From an uncultured Acidobacteriota bacterium (GTDB lineage Bacteria; Acidobacteriota; Vicinamibacteria; Vicinamibacterales; Fen-181), in NCBI GenBank assembly GCA_963717945.1, contig CAVQXT010000007.1, positions 1,092,662-1,156,661 of the forward strand: DNA of 64,000 bases, in the 5' to 3' direction. The stretch's first letter is position 1; the number at the start of each line of letters is the position of its first letter. This document shows positions 36,052 through 44,873 of this stretch, piece after piece. The position numbers and the translations under genes are program-made. A model generated the notes under the pieces. It saw only the letters and a list, made by a program, of their open reading frames with translations, ran no database searches and was not told where the DNA came from.

Positions 36052-36218
36052 TGTTCTGTCTCTCTCTTTCGTTCGAGGTGAGTGCGAAGTTGCTTGCGGA
36101 GGTAGTTGCTCACGGTCCGTTCTTCAAGGGCGGCGAGTTGTTCGAGTGCGACACGTTCCTGGTGCGTAAGACGCAAGGACACGGTGTCGGTCATCTTCTC
36201 GGGCGTAATCAGTTCCAT
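36048..36218 (-). CDS. Ribbon-helix-helix (CopG/Arc-like) DNA-binding protein, 56 aa
   Basis: Not in ORF track. MELITPEKMTDTVSLRLTHQERVALEQLAALEERTVSNYLRKQLRTHLERKRETEQ shows the beta strand (VSLRL) plus two helices with RTVS turn; GGAG RBS. Confidence 0.8.
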   Translation of the reverse strand: MELITPEKMTDTVSLRLTHQERVALEQLAALEERTVSNYLRKQLRTHLERKRETEQ

Positions 36219-36427
36219 CGGTGAAGGTCTCCCTCTGTTTCCAGTTCGTGGAGTCGGTTGAGTTTGTGGTTGGCGAGAACAGCGGCAACGTGTTGGACAA
36301 TTGGCGTCGAGTCGCTTGTGAGCAGGAGTAGGTAGCGTTCCAGTGCGGCGAAGATTTCCAGGCGTTCCGTTTGGGCGACGGGGGGCAGTCCAAAAGCAAG
36401 TGGCTCTGGTGGTGCGGGAGCGTTCAT
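36209..36427 (-). CDS. Hypothetical 72-aa protein
   Basis: ATGA coupling with the Rep-like stop; GGAG RBS. Confidence 0.65.
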   Translation of the reverse strand: MNAPAPPEPLAFGLPPVAQTERLEIFAALERYLLLLTSDSTPIVQHVAAVLANHKLNRLHELETEGDLHRWN

Positions 36428-37050
36428 TCTGGTTGTTCTCCGTTCTCGGGCTGTGGCACGGGTTGTGTGTGAATGTAGAGGATGGAGTTTTGTGAAAGTG
36501 TCTTCAAGTCATCGGCGTTGTAGCGAATCGAAGCGGCGAGGTTGGCGACGTGTTCGAGTCGAGTGGTTCGGTAGATGAACGGTTCGGAATAGCAGGCGTG
36601 CGAGAGAGCGGCACGGAATCGGGGAATCGTCACGTCGGGTGGCAGAGCGAGCAGAAGGTGGAGATGGCGTCTCGTTCCCTTGTCGTGGTGGCAGACAAGG
36701 GCGGTAAGGCGAAGTGGAGCGTTCTTCCGTCGTGCGGCGGTTCCGAAAAGTTCTTTGTTCAGACGGTTCATTAGTCGGGTGGCGATTCGGCGCGTTTCGT
36801 TCTCGGTGAGGTAGTAGAACGGGGCGAAGAGCGGTGCGTCTCGGAACGCGGGGCGTGGTCCTCGGCGCCGCTCTCTCACACGGACGGTGATGTTCTCGTT
36901 CCTGGGTCGGGTGGTTTCAAGGTCGCTGTCCCGTCTCTGCTTCAAGGTCAGTTCCAGTCGGACGTTCAGGGAATGCTGGACACTCGGGTGCGAGAGAAAC
37001 TGGGTCCATTCCTGGGTCAGTCGTTCTTTCCGTTCTCGGTTCGTCATCAT
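36424..37050 (-). CDS. HUH-endonuclease (rolling-circle Rep-like) protein
   Basis: Motif I-like LELTLK, motif II RHLHLLL (HUH), single Tyr in motif III-like IRYNAD. Confidence 0.65.
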   Translation of the reverse strand: MMTNRERKERLTQEWTQFLSHPSVQHSLNVRLELTLKQRRDSDLETTRPRNENITVRVRERRRGPRPAFRDAPLFAPFYYLTENETRRIATRLMNRLNKELFGTAARRKNAPLRLTALVCHHDKGTRRHLHLLLALPPDVTIPRFRAALSHACYSEPFIYRTTRLEHVANLAASIRYNADDLKTLSQNSILYIHTQPVPQPENGEQPE

Positions 37051-37240
37051 TGCTGCGTTCCTGTTGTTCGTGTTCGTCGCTCGCTGGACACACTCCGACC
37101 GTCAAGGGGGATTCAGCGAACGCACGTCAGGGTCACATTCGGCAACTCCCTCCGTGACGGACAAGCGCACGTTTGCCTCGTCCGCAAAATCTACTTAGGT
37201 GGCGGCAACTCGGTTTTTGTATTCAGGTGAAAATAAACTA

Positions 37241-37316
37241 TAAGTCGTTTGGTTTCATACGCTTACGTCTAGACGCTTAGCGACACCACTGGAAGTCCAT
37301 TCCTTACAACGACTTA
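37241..37316. promoter_or_regulatory. Two 25-bp TAAGTC...GACTTA-type imperfect palindromes (candidate res or recombinase-binding subsites)
   Basis: TAAGTCGTTTGGTTTCATACGCTTA (37241-65) and GAAGTCCATTCCTTACAACGACTTA (37292-316) between the divergent rep and resolvase genes. Confidence 0.5.
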
Positions 37317-37562
37317 GCGTTCCCTCCCTCCTTCCCCGCTCTACCCCCCACTTCCCCGATCGGGGGCTCAGTCCGTTCCCGCTCGGTTCGTCGTTCCTGG
37401 CGCATTTCTGAGCGTTTGGCGTGGAGTTGGCGGGGATGCTCGGAAGTCCAAAGAGGAGGAAGAAGGGAGATCGAAATGTATGCTTGCGTCCGCAAGCGTT
37501 CATAGTGTATGCTTGTGGCATATCAAGCGGACATTATGTCCGCTACGGAAGGTGAGACGGAC

Positions 37563-38354
37563 GTGAGCATCTACATCTACTGCCGAGTATCGACAATCCA
37601 GCAGAGCGATGGGTTGGACGCACAGGAGGCGACGTGTCGGTCGTTTCTCAGCAATCTGCTCGGACAGGAGACGTGGAAGAAGCGTTTTCAGTCCGTCGCG
37701 ATGGCTGGGCAAATGACGGTGACGGTAGTGCGAGAGCAGGTGAGCGGAAGCGTTGCGTTTCCGAAGCGTGAGCGGGGGGCGGCGCTTCTGGCGAGTTTGA
37801 AGAAGGGCGACCATCTCTGCTTTGCGAAACTGGACAGAGCATTCCGTTCGGCACGGGACTGCCACAATACGCTGGCGCTGCTGAAAGAGCGGGGCGTCTC
37901 CACGTCAATCTGCGACCTCCCCGACGGCGCTGACGTGACGGGGAACGGTATTGCGGCGCTTCTCATCGGCATAATGGCGTCGGTGGCTGAATGGGAGCGG
38001 GAACGCATCCGTGAGCGGACGGCTGACCAGAAGCGAGTTGCGAGAGAGCAGGGGCGCTATCTCGGTGGCAAGATTCCGTGGGACAAGAAGGTGGTGGATG
38101 GTCGGCTCGTTGATGACGAATCGAAGCGAACGGTCGTGCGGAAGTTGCGGGAGTGGCGCGGCGAAGCGGTCCCGCTCCGTGAGTGCCAGGCTCGGGCGAT
38201 GAAGAACTACAAAACGTCCCTATCGCTTGACGCAATCAGACGGATGACGGAGCAGAATGCCACGGAACTGGCGAGAAAGCGAGGGCGGCGGCGGGCAGAT
38301 CAGGTGTTACAAAAGCAGAATACAAAAACTGTCCAACAGGATCACGGACGTTGA
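37563..38354 (+). CDS. Serine recombinase (resolvase/invertase family)
   Basis: YIYCRVST catalytic Ser, KLDRAFRS, AEWERERIRERT, GRYLGG; GTG start after GGAAGGTGAG. Confidence 0.92.
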   Translation: MSIYIYCRVSTIQQSDGLDAQEATCRSFLSNLLGQETWKKRFQSVAMAGQMTVTVVREQVSGSVAFPKRERGAALLASLKKGDHLCFAKLDRAFRSARDCHNTLALLKERGVSTSICDLPDGADVTGNGIAALLIGIMASVAEWERERIRERTADQKRVAREQGRYLGGKIPWDKKVVDGRLVDDESKRTVVRKLREWRGEAVPLRECQARAMKNYKTSLSLDAIRRMTEQNATELARKRGRRRADQVLQKQNTKTVQQDHGR

Positions 38355-38375
38355 AATCGTCACATTTGTTAGTAA

Positions 38376-38464
38376 TGGTGCCGGAGGAGGGAATTGAACC
38401 CACACTCCCCTTGCGGAGAACGGGATTTTGAGTCCCGCGCGTCTGCCAATTTCGCCACTCCGGC
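38376..38464 (-). tRNA. tRNA-Leu(CAA)
   Basis: GCCGGAG acceptor stem, anticodon loop CTCAAAA, long variable arm, TTCAATT T-loop, encoded CCA; TATACT -10 upstream. Confidence 0.96.
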
Positions 38465-38701
38465 ACGTGGAGAGGAATCTCAGTATACCTCGGCCGCGCA
38501 AACGTTGAGCCGGCCACAATACATGGTAGTCCAAAGCTCTGCAGCCACAAGAGGTGGCCAGCCCGTGTCGTCGCGCGCCATCAGGCTCTAAATTGATGTC
38601 AGCAAAGGAGAAACCGGAACAGGCTCCGTCCGCCTCCGCCGCCCGATCCCGGCCACAAGAGGGAAACAAAAGCGAAATGGTAGCGCTTGTGGCCAATTTC
38701 C

Positions 38702-38730
38702 TTGAGAATCGTCGCTGGGTTCTGTATACT
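38702..38730 (+). promoter_or_regulatory. Sigma70-type promoter for carD
   Basis: TTGAGA-17 nt-TATACT. Confidence 0.7.
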
Positions 38731-38787
38731 AATGATCGGTCGCGATCCACAGCCTCCAGTCAATACCCTTCCTAGAACGGGGGACGC

Positions 38788-39369
38788 GTGACATTCCAGA
38801 TCGGTGACAAGGTCATCTACCCGAATCACGGTCTCGGCGTCATCGAACGCATCGAAGAGAAAACCATCCTCGGCACTACCTGCGGGTTCTACTCGCTCCG
38901 TATTGCAGCGAACGAAACGATGGTACTCGTGCCGGTCGGCAACGCCGACAGCGTCGGCTTGCGGCGGGCCATCGGCGACACCGAGGTCGATCGTCTCTTC
39001 CGCATTCTCGGGGACGGAAAGATCGACAGTCAGCAGAACTGGAAAGGCCGCTTCAAGGACAACTCCGAGAAGATGCGCAGCGGCTCGATCTACGACGTGG
39101 CCGACGTGCTCAAGAGCCTCACGCTGCTCAGCAAGTCGAAGAACCTGTCGTTCCGCGAGAAGCGGATGCTCGACCGCGCGCGGTTCCTGGTCGTCTCCGA
39201 GATCTCCGAGGTCCTCCACCAGGTCCAGCCCACCATCGAGGCGCGGGTCGACCGGGCGCTGGATCGATCGATGACGACGCGGACGCGCGTGGACGAGAAG
39301 GCCAAGGCGGTCAAGGTGCTGCCGGTGGCGGTCCAGCCCGTCGCCCGCCGGGCCGCGCGCGCGTCGTAG
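38788..39369 (+). CDS. carD: CarD/CdnL-family RNA polymerase-binding regulator
   Basis: FQIGDKVIYPNHGLG, VGLR, NWKGR, LSFREKRML. Confidence 0.92.
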   Translation: MTFQIGDKVIYPNHGLGVIERIEEKTILGTTCGFYSLRIAANETMVLVPVGNADSVGLRRAIGDTEVDRLFRILGDGKIDSQQNWKGRFKDNSEKMRSGSIYDVADVLKSLTLLSKSKNLSFREKRMLDRARFLVVSEISEVLHQVQPTIEARVDRALDRSMTTRTRVDEKAKAVKVLPVAVQPVARRAARAS

Positions 39370-39501
39370 CGCCGAGGGCAGGTGCCGAGCGCCGTTCTCG
39401 AGGCGATCGCGACAGGCCTCAGATGAACGGAATGTGGTCCGCGAAAGATCGCAAAGGCCTGGATCGTCAGCCGGTCCAGGCCTTTCGTGTATCATGCGGC
39501 G

Positions 39502-40344
39502 ATGATGCCGCCCGCTGATGCCAGTCCGCAGGTGGCCCCCTGCGCGCCGCGGTCGGTGCCGCACCTGACAGGATTGGCGTGGCTCGTCTCCGCGGCTCGG
39601 TCCCTCGCGACCTACGTGGGAATCTCGCTGTACGTCGTGCTGGTCGGCCCGCCCGGCGTGCTCATCGCCCGGCTGTTCGACAAGCCCGGCCTCCTCTTCG
39701 CGCTTTCGCACGGCGGCATAGGGCTCGGCCTCGCCCTGTCGGGCATCTCGTACCGCCTGACCGGCGCCGAGCGGATCCCGCGGGGCCGCACGGCGGTCTT
39801 CTGCGCGAACCACACGAGCAATATCGACGCGCCGCTGCTGTTCCACCTGCTCCACCCCCGACTCCACCTGCTCTACAAGGTCGAGTTCGGGAGGATGCCG
39901 ATCCTCGGCCGTGCGGCGCGGCTCGCCGGTTTCATCCCGGTCGAGCGCCGGAATCCCGATCAGTCGCAGCACGCGGTGGACGAGGCGGCGGACTCGGTGG
40001 CACGCGGCCACTCGTTCCTCGTGTTCCCCGAGGGGACGCGAAGCCGGACCGGAGAGTTGTTGCCCTTCAAGAAGGGCGGCTTCATCATGGCGATCAAGGC
40101 CCAGGTCCCGGTCGTGCCGGTGGCAATCCTGGGCGGCAGGGCCGCCATGTATAAGGGGAGCCGGCTGATTCACCCCGTGCGCATCGACGTCCGCATCGGC
40201 CTGCCCATCGAGACGGCCGGGATGACGCTCGACGACCGCGCCCGACTGATTGGCATGGCCCGCGAGCAAATCGAAGCGATGATCGCGCGGCCAGAAATGG
40301 ATCGGGACGAATTTCTGTTTCTGCCACGATCTGGAAGTAATTGA
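39502..40344 (+). CDS. plsC: 1-acyl-sn-glycerol-3-phosphate acyltransferase family
   Basis: NHTSNID and FPEGTRS motifs. Confidence 0.88.
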   Translation: MMPPADASPQVAPCAPRSVPHLTGLAWLVSAARSLATYVGISLYVVLVGPPGVLIARLFDKPGLLFALSHGGIGLGLALSGISYRLTGAERIPRGRTAVFCANHTSNIDAPLLFHLLHPRLHLLYKVEFGRMPILGRAARLAGFIPVERRNPDQSQHAVDEAADSVARGHSFLVFPEGTRSRTGELLPFKKGGFIMAIKAQVPVVPVAILGGRAAMYKGSRLIHPVRIDVRIGLPIETAGMTLDDRARLIGMAREQIEAMIARPEMDRDEFLFLPRSGSN

Positions 40345-40360
40345 AATTCGTCCCGATCCA
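40298..40360. repeat. Perfect 18-bp inverted repeat (TGGATCGGGACGAATTTC) with 27-nt loop, REP-like
   Basis: 40298-40315 pairs with 40343-40360; overlaps the end of plsC. Confidence 0.85.
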
Positions 40361-40376
40361 ATATTCGAGGACACTT

Positions 40377-42536
40377 ATGTCGCCTTCACCCGCGCCAGCC
40401 TCTGTCGCCGCTATCACCAGCCGCTGCCTGGCAGCGGCGCTGGTGGCCGCGCTCGGAGCGGCGGCCCTGGCCCAGGCGCCGCAGCCGCCGCCAACGACGC
40501 AGAAACCGCCGGCGACGGCCTCCCAGCCGCCGCGCGGCCAGACCGGCCAGCCCCAGCCTCCCGCCGCGCAACAGCAGCCTCCAACCTTCCGAGCCGAGGC
40601 GAACCTCGTCCGCGTCGACGTCTACCCGACGGCGGGCGGCAAGCCGGTCCCCGACCTCAAGCTGGACGACTTCGAGGTGCTCGAGGACAACGTCCCCCAG
40701 GAAGTCCGGACCTTCGAGCACGTCGTCGTCCAGGCGCCGACCTCGGAGGAACTGGCCGCGCGGCGCGAGCCGAACACTGTCGCGCAGTCGCGGCAGATGG
40801 CCGCCGAGTCCAAGGCGCGCCTGTTCGTCCTCTATCTCGACACCTACCACATCTCGCGGGGCGGCGCGATGTCGGTGCGCGACGCGCTCGTCCGCTTCCT
40901 GCGGAAGGCGCTCGGCCCCGACGACCTGATCGCCGTGACGACGCCCGAACTCCCGGCGTCGACGGTGACCTTCGCGCGGCAGACCGGGAGCATCGAGGAC
41001 CTGGTCGACAAGTTCTACCGCTGGAGCCGGCGCGATGCGCTCACTGAGTACGACCCGATCGAAGAGCAGTACATGCAGTGCTATCCGCCGTCGTCCGCCG
41101 ACCACAGCACGGTTTCGCCGATCGCCCGCGAGATGATCGCGCGGCGCCGCGAGCGAATCACCCTCCAGTCGCTCAGCGAGCTGGTCTTCCACCTCGGCGG
41201 CATCCGCGAGGAGCGGAAGGCGGTGCTGGCGGTCAGCGAGGGCTGGGTGCTCTACCAGCAGAGCCGGGGGCTGACGCAGACGACCGCCGGGCAGATGAAC
41301 ATCGGCAGCCAGTTCCAGTCTCGCTGCGACAGCGATCGCCAGCAGTTGTCGATGGAAGACCATCAGCGCGACTTCCGGAACCTGGTCGACGATGCCAACC
41401 GCGCGAACGTGAGCTTCTATCCGCTCGACCCGCGCGGGCTGGTCGTGTTCGACCAGTCGCTCGCCACGGGGTTCATCGACGCCAACGTGGACTCGATCAA
41501 CCTCAACTCGCGCCTCGAGTCGCTGCAGAACCTCGCCTCGGCCACCGACGGCATCGCGATCGTCAACAGCAACGACATCGACCGCGGCCTGCGGCGCGTG
41601 GTGGACGACCTGACGTCCTACTACCTGCTCGGCTATTACCCGACCAACACGAAATACGATGGGCGGTTTCGCTCGATCAAGGTCCGCGTGAAGAGGCCGG
41701 GCATCGACCTTCGCTACCGCCGCGGATACCGCGCCGCGACCAGGGAGGAAGTGGCGAGCCGCGCGGCGGCGGAGCCGGCGCCCGGCGCCGCGCCGTCGCC
41801 GACGGCGAGCGCCCTCTCCACCCTGTCGAAGTTCCGCACCGACGCCGTCGTCCAGGCCCAGGGCGGATACACGTGGCTGGCGGCGCCCGACGGCGCCGTG
41901 CGCCCGACGCTCTGGCTCTTCGGCGAGTGGGACCCGGCGCTGGCGACGCGCGACGAGCAGTGGAAGCCGGGCGCGGACGTCACCATCGTCGTGACGGCGC
42001 CGGACAGGACTCCGCTGGACACGGTCCGGCAGACGTTGACCCGCGACGCGCGGTCGTTCGACGTGCGGGTGCCGGTGCCGGCCGGCCAGACGGCGGGGGA
42101 CTACAACGTGCGCATCACGACCAAGCCCGCGGGGGCGGTGCTCGGCACGACCGAGACGCTGCACATCGTCGTGCCCAAGTGGCCTGCCGCCGGCACGACC
42201 GCGGTCGGCCAGCCGGCGCTGTTCAGGCGCGGGCCGTTCACCGGGCCCGGGTGGTTGGCGGCGGGGGACCTCAGGTTCAGGCGCCAGGAACGGATCAAGG
42301 TGGAGGTCAGCGTGATCGGGGCGATGACGGGCAGCAGCATCCAGCTGCTGGACCGGACCGGCCATCCGCTCCCGATACCCGTCACCGCCGCCGAGCGCGA
42401 CGAGACGGGCACCAGGGTCCTCTCGGGCGAAGCCACGCTCGCGCCGCTCGGCACGGGCGACTACGTGCTCGAGGTCACCATCAGGCAGGGGGACACGACG
42501 CAGAAGGTGCTCGCCGCCTTCCGCATCATTCCGTAG
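40377..42536 (+). CDS. Secreted VWA-domain protein (VWFA-related acidobacterial type)
   Basis: PTFRAEANLVRVDV, DFEVLED, RKAVLAVSEG, DPRGL, YYLLGYYPTN...DGRFRSIKVRV. Confidence 0.88.
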   Translation: MSPSPAPASVAAITSRCLAAALVAALGAAALAQAPQPPPTTQKPPATASQPPRGQTGQPQPPAAQQQPPTFRAEANLVRVDVYPTAGGKPVPDLKLDDFEVLEDNVPQEVRTFEHVVVQAPTSEELAARREPNTVAQSRQMAAESKARLFVLYLDTYHISRGGAMSVRDALVRFLRKALGPDDLIAVTTPELPASTVTFARQTGSIEDLVDKFYRWSRRDALTEYDPIEEQYMQCYPPSSADHSTVSPIAREMIARRRERITLQSLSELVFHLGGIREERKAVLAVSEGWVLYQQSRGLTQTTAGQMNIGSQFQSRCDSDRQQLSMEDHQRDFRNLVDDANRANVSFYPLDPRGLVVFDQSLATGFIDANVDSINLNSRLESLQNLASATDGIAIVNSNDIDRGLRRVVDDLTSYYLLGYYPTNTKYDGRFRSIKVRVKRPGIDLRYRRGYRAATREEVASRAAAEPAPGAAPSPTASALSTLSKFRTDAVVQAQGGYTWLAAPDGAVRPTLWLFGEWDPALATRDEQWKPGADVTIVVTAPDRTPLDTVRQTLTRDARSFDVRVPVPAGQTAGDYNVRITTKPAGAVLGTTETLHIVVPKWPAAGTTAVGQPALFRRGPFTGPGWLAAGDLRFRRQERIKVEVSVIGAMTGSSIQLLDRTGHPLPIPVTAAERDETGTRVLSGEATLAPLGTGDYVLEVTIRQGDTTQKVLAAFRIIP

Positions 42537-42651
42537 GGACGAGGGACGGGGGACGGGGGCTTTGGGCTCTGGGCTTTGGGCTCCCGGCAGTGTCCGGCTC
42601 CAGGCCTGAAGCCAGACACCGCCAAGAGTCGAGAGCCCAAAGCCTGAAGCC
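42536..42651. repeat. Heptamer short-repeat cluster between convergent genes
   Basis: GGGACGR x3, GGGCTYT x3 and complementary AGCCYRA-type units. Confidence 0.7.
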
Positions 42652-44736
42652 CTACATGACTGCTGTCGGAGGCGCGGGCTCGTCGGCGGCGCCGGCCTTC
42701 CGCAGCGGGACCGCAATCAGGTACCACACCAGGAACGCCAGCACCGGGATGGCTATCCAGGGGGCGTAAGTCTCGAACCCCGAGACGGACCAGAACTGGT
42801 GGCTTCCGCGGAAGCCGACGACGGCCGCGATGAACAGGCCGATGAGCGCTTCGCCGGCAATCAGCCCCGAGGCCGCCAGCACCCCCGCGTTCTCGACCCG
42901 CGCCTTCTGCGCCGCGTTGTAGCCGCGCTTGTCGCGTAACTTGTCCACCAGGCCGCGCACCAGGCCGCCGACGAAGATGGCCGCCGTCGTTTCGAGCGGC
43001 AGATACATGCCGACCGAGAAGAGCATGGGGCTCCTGACCTTGACCAGGATGAACGCGATCCCCATCGCGATCCCGACCAGGACGAGCGGCCACGCCATCT
43101 CTCCGCCGACGATGCCGTTGGAGAGGGCCGCCATCAGGCCGGCCTGAGGCGCCGGGTAGGTCTTGCCGCCGAAGCCGCCGAGCACCGGGCCGAACTGCGC
43201 CACGTCGGAGGTGTGCATCAGGTAGAGCGGGAAGAACATCACCGCGCCGGCGAAGATGACGCCCATGACGTCGCCCACCTGCATCTTCCACGGCGTGCCG
43301 CCCAGGATGTGGCCCACCTTCAGGTCCTGCAGCATCTCGCCCGCGACGGCGGACGAGACGCAGCCGATCGCCGCGACCGCCAGCACCGCGAGCACGCCCT
43401 CGTCTCCCTTCGCGCCGACGATGACCATCGTCAGGGCGGCCACGACGACGGTGGCCAGCGTCAGGCCCGACAGCGGGTTGTTCGACGATCCGATCAGCCC
43501 GACGAGATTGCCGGAGACCGCCGCGAAGAAGAACCCGGTGACGAACATCACGATCGCCGCGACGACGGCCGAGAGCAGCGACTGCGTGAAGTAGAAGTAC
43601 AGCGTCACCATCAGGGCCACGATGACGGCGATCACCAGGCCGACGATGCGCAGCGAGAGGTCCTGCTGCGTCCGCCGCGTCTCGGCCTGCACCGCTGCCG
43701 TCTTCTTCACGTCCGCGATGCCGCGCTTGACGCCGAGGATCAGGTTCTTCCTCATCTTGAAGAGCGTGTAGCAGGCCCCGACGAGCATGCCGCCCACGGC
43801 GATCGGCCGCACGATGAACCGGTACAGGTGCGCGACGATGCCGGCCCAGGCCGCGGCCTCGTTGCCGTTGTTCAGCGCCATGTACTGGTCGATGAGCGTC
43901 GGGCCGACGAAGTAGACGAGCAGCGGCACGAACAGCCCCCACGCGAGCAAGCCGCCGGCGAAGTTCAGCGCGCCGAGCTCGGGGCCGATGATGTAGCCGA
44001 CGCCCAGGTAGGCGGGCGTGACGGCCGGGGCCGAGAAGCTCGTGATCCCGCCGGTCTGCAGCTTGACGGACGTGTCGGTCATGCCCAGCCTGACGAAGCT
44101 CTGCTTGAGCTTGCCCACGGCGACGGTGAAGTCGTTCGACGACCGGAAGATCCCGAACCCGTCCAGCAGCTTGACGACCGCGCCCACGCCCATCGCGCGG
44201 AACAGTTGCAGCGCGGCGTCGGCCCCCTTCTGGCCGGCCTTGTGAATCTCGCTGGCCGCCACCGATTCGGGGAAGGGAAGCCCGGGGTCCTCGACCATGA
44301 CGCGCCGGAGGACGGTGACGAACATGATCCCCAGGATGCCGCCCAGGATCATCAGGCACGAGGCCAGGAGGTATTCCTGGAACATGTGCGCCGGGTCGAA
44401 CTTCCACAATTTCAGGATGACGAACGCCGGCACCGTGAAGATGGCGCCCGCGGCGACCGATTCGCCGATCGACCCGACGGTTCGGGCGAAGTTCTCCTCG
44501 AGCACGCTGCCCCTGAACAGGCGCAGGACGGCCATGCCGATGACGGCCGCCGGGTAGGTGGCGGCGATCGTCATGCCGGCCCGGAGCCCGAGGTAAGCGT
44601 TGGCCGCGCCGAGGACGACGCACATGACAAGGCCGAGGACGAGCGCCCGAAGCGTGAACTCGTTCATCGTCGTGTTGTCAGGCACGAGCGGCTGGAACCC
44701 GGTCTTCTGCTGCTGGTCGGAGGATGGCTGGCTCAT
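42652..44736 (-). CDS. OPT-family oligopeptide transporter
   Basis: ANAYLGLRAG, LPFPES, GSSNNPLSG, QDLKVGHILG, APQAGLM. Confidence 0.92.
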   Translation of the reverse strand: MSQPSSDQQQKTGFQPLVPDNTTMNEFTLRALVLGLVMCVVLGAANAYLGLRAGMTIAATYPAAVIGMAVLRLFRGSVLEENFARTVGSIGESVAAGAIFTVPAFVILKLWKFDPAHMFQEYLLASCLMILGGILGIMFVTVLRRVMVEDPGLPFPESVAASEIHKAGQKGADAALQLFRAMGVGAVVKLLDGFGIFRSSNDFTVAVGKLKQSFVRLGMTDTSVKLQTGGITSFSAPAVTPAYLGVGYIIGPELGALNFAGGLLAWGLFVPLLVYFVGPTLIDQYMALNNGNEAAAWAGIVAHLYRFIVRPIAVGGMLVGACYTLFKMRKNLILGVKRGIADVKKTAAVQAETRRTQQDLSLRIVGLVIAVIVALMVTLYFYFTQSLLSAVVAAIVMFVTGFFFAAVSGNLVGLIGSSNNPLSGLTLATVVVAALTMVIVGAKGDEGVLAVLAVAAIGCVSSAVAGEMLQDLKVGHILGGTPWKMQVGDVMGVIFAGAVMFFPLYLMHTSDVAQFGPVLGGFGGKTYPAPQAGLMAALSNGIVGGEMAWPLVLVGIAMGIAFILVKVRSPMLFSVGMYLPLETTAAIFVGGLVRGLVDKLRDKRGYNAAQKARVENAGVLAASGLIAGEALIGLFIAAVVGFRGSHQFWSVSGFETYAPWIAIPVLAFLVWYLIAVPLRKAGAADEPAPPTAVM

Positions 44737-44831
44737 GAGGGCGCATCTTAGCATGCGTTCGCGCGTTTTGAGCCAGCCGGGCGCGGCCCGCTCCGGCCGG
44801 GCGGCCCCGGGTCTCATAGCGTCGATCGCGC

Positions 44832-44861
44832 TTGACCCCGGGGGAAGCTGTTCCGTAGAAT
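44832..44861 (+). promoter_or_regulatory. Sigma70-type promoter for the rex operon
   Basis: TTGACC-18 nt-TAGAAT. Confidence 0.6.
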
Positions 44862-44873
44862 CACGTCAAACTC

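Larger units (their letters stand above)
33461..38435. mobile_element. 4.9-kb integrative element in tRNA-Leu(CAA): Tyr integrase, WG-repeat cargo, HUH Rep-like plus RHH operon, Ser resolvase
   Basis: 60-bp direct repeats 4,915 bp apart, integrase next to att, visibly lower GC and different codon usage than the flanks. Confidence 0.93.

Noticed and set aside
33461-38435. Prophage or inovirus
   Set aside because: No capsid, terminase, Zot-like ATPase or small hydrophobic coat genes can be recognised
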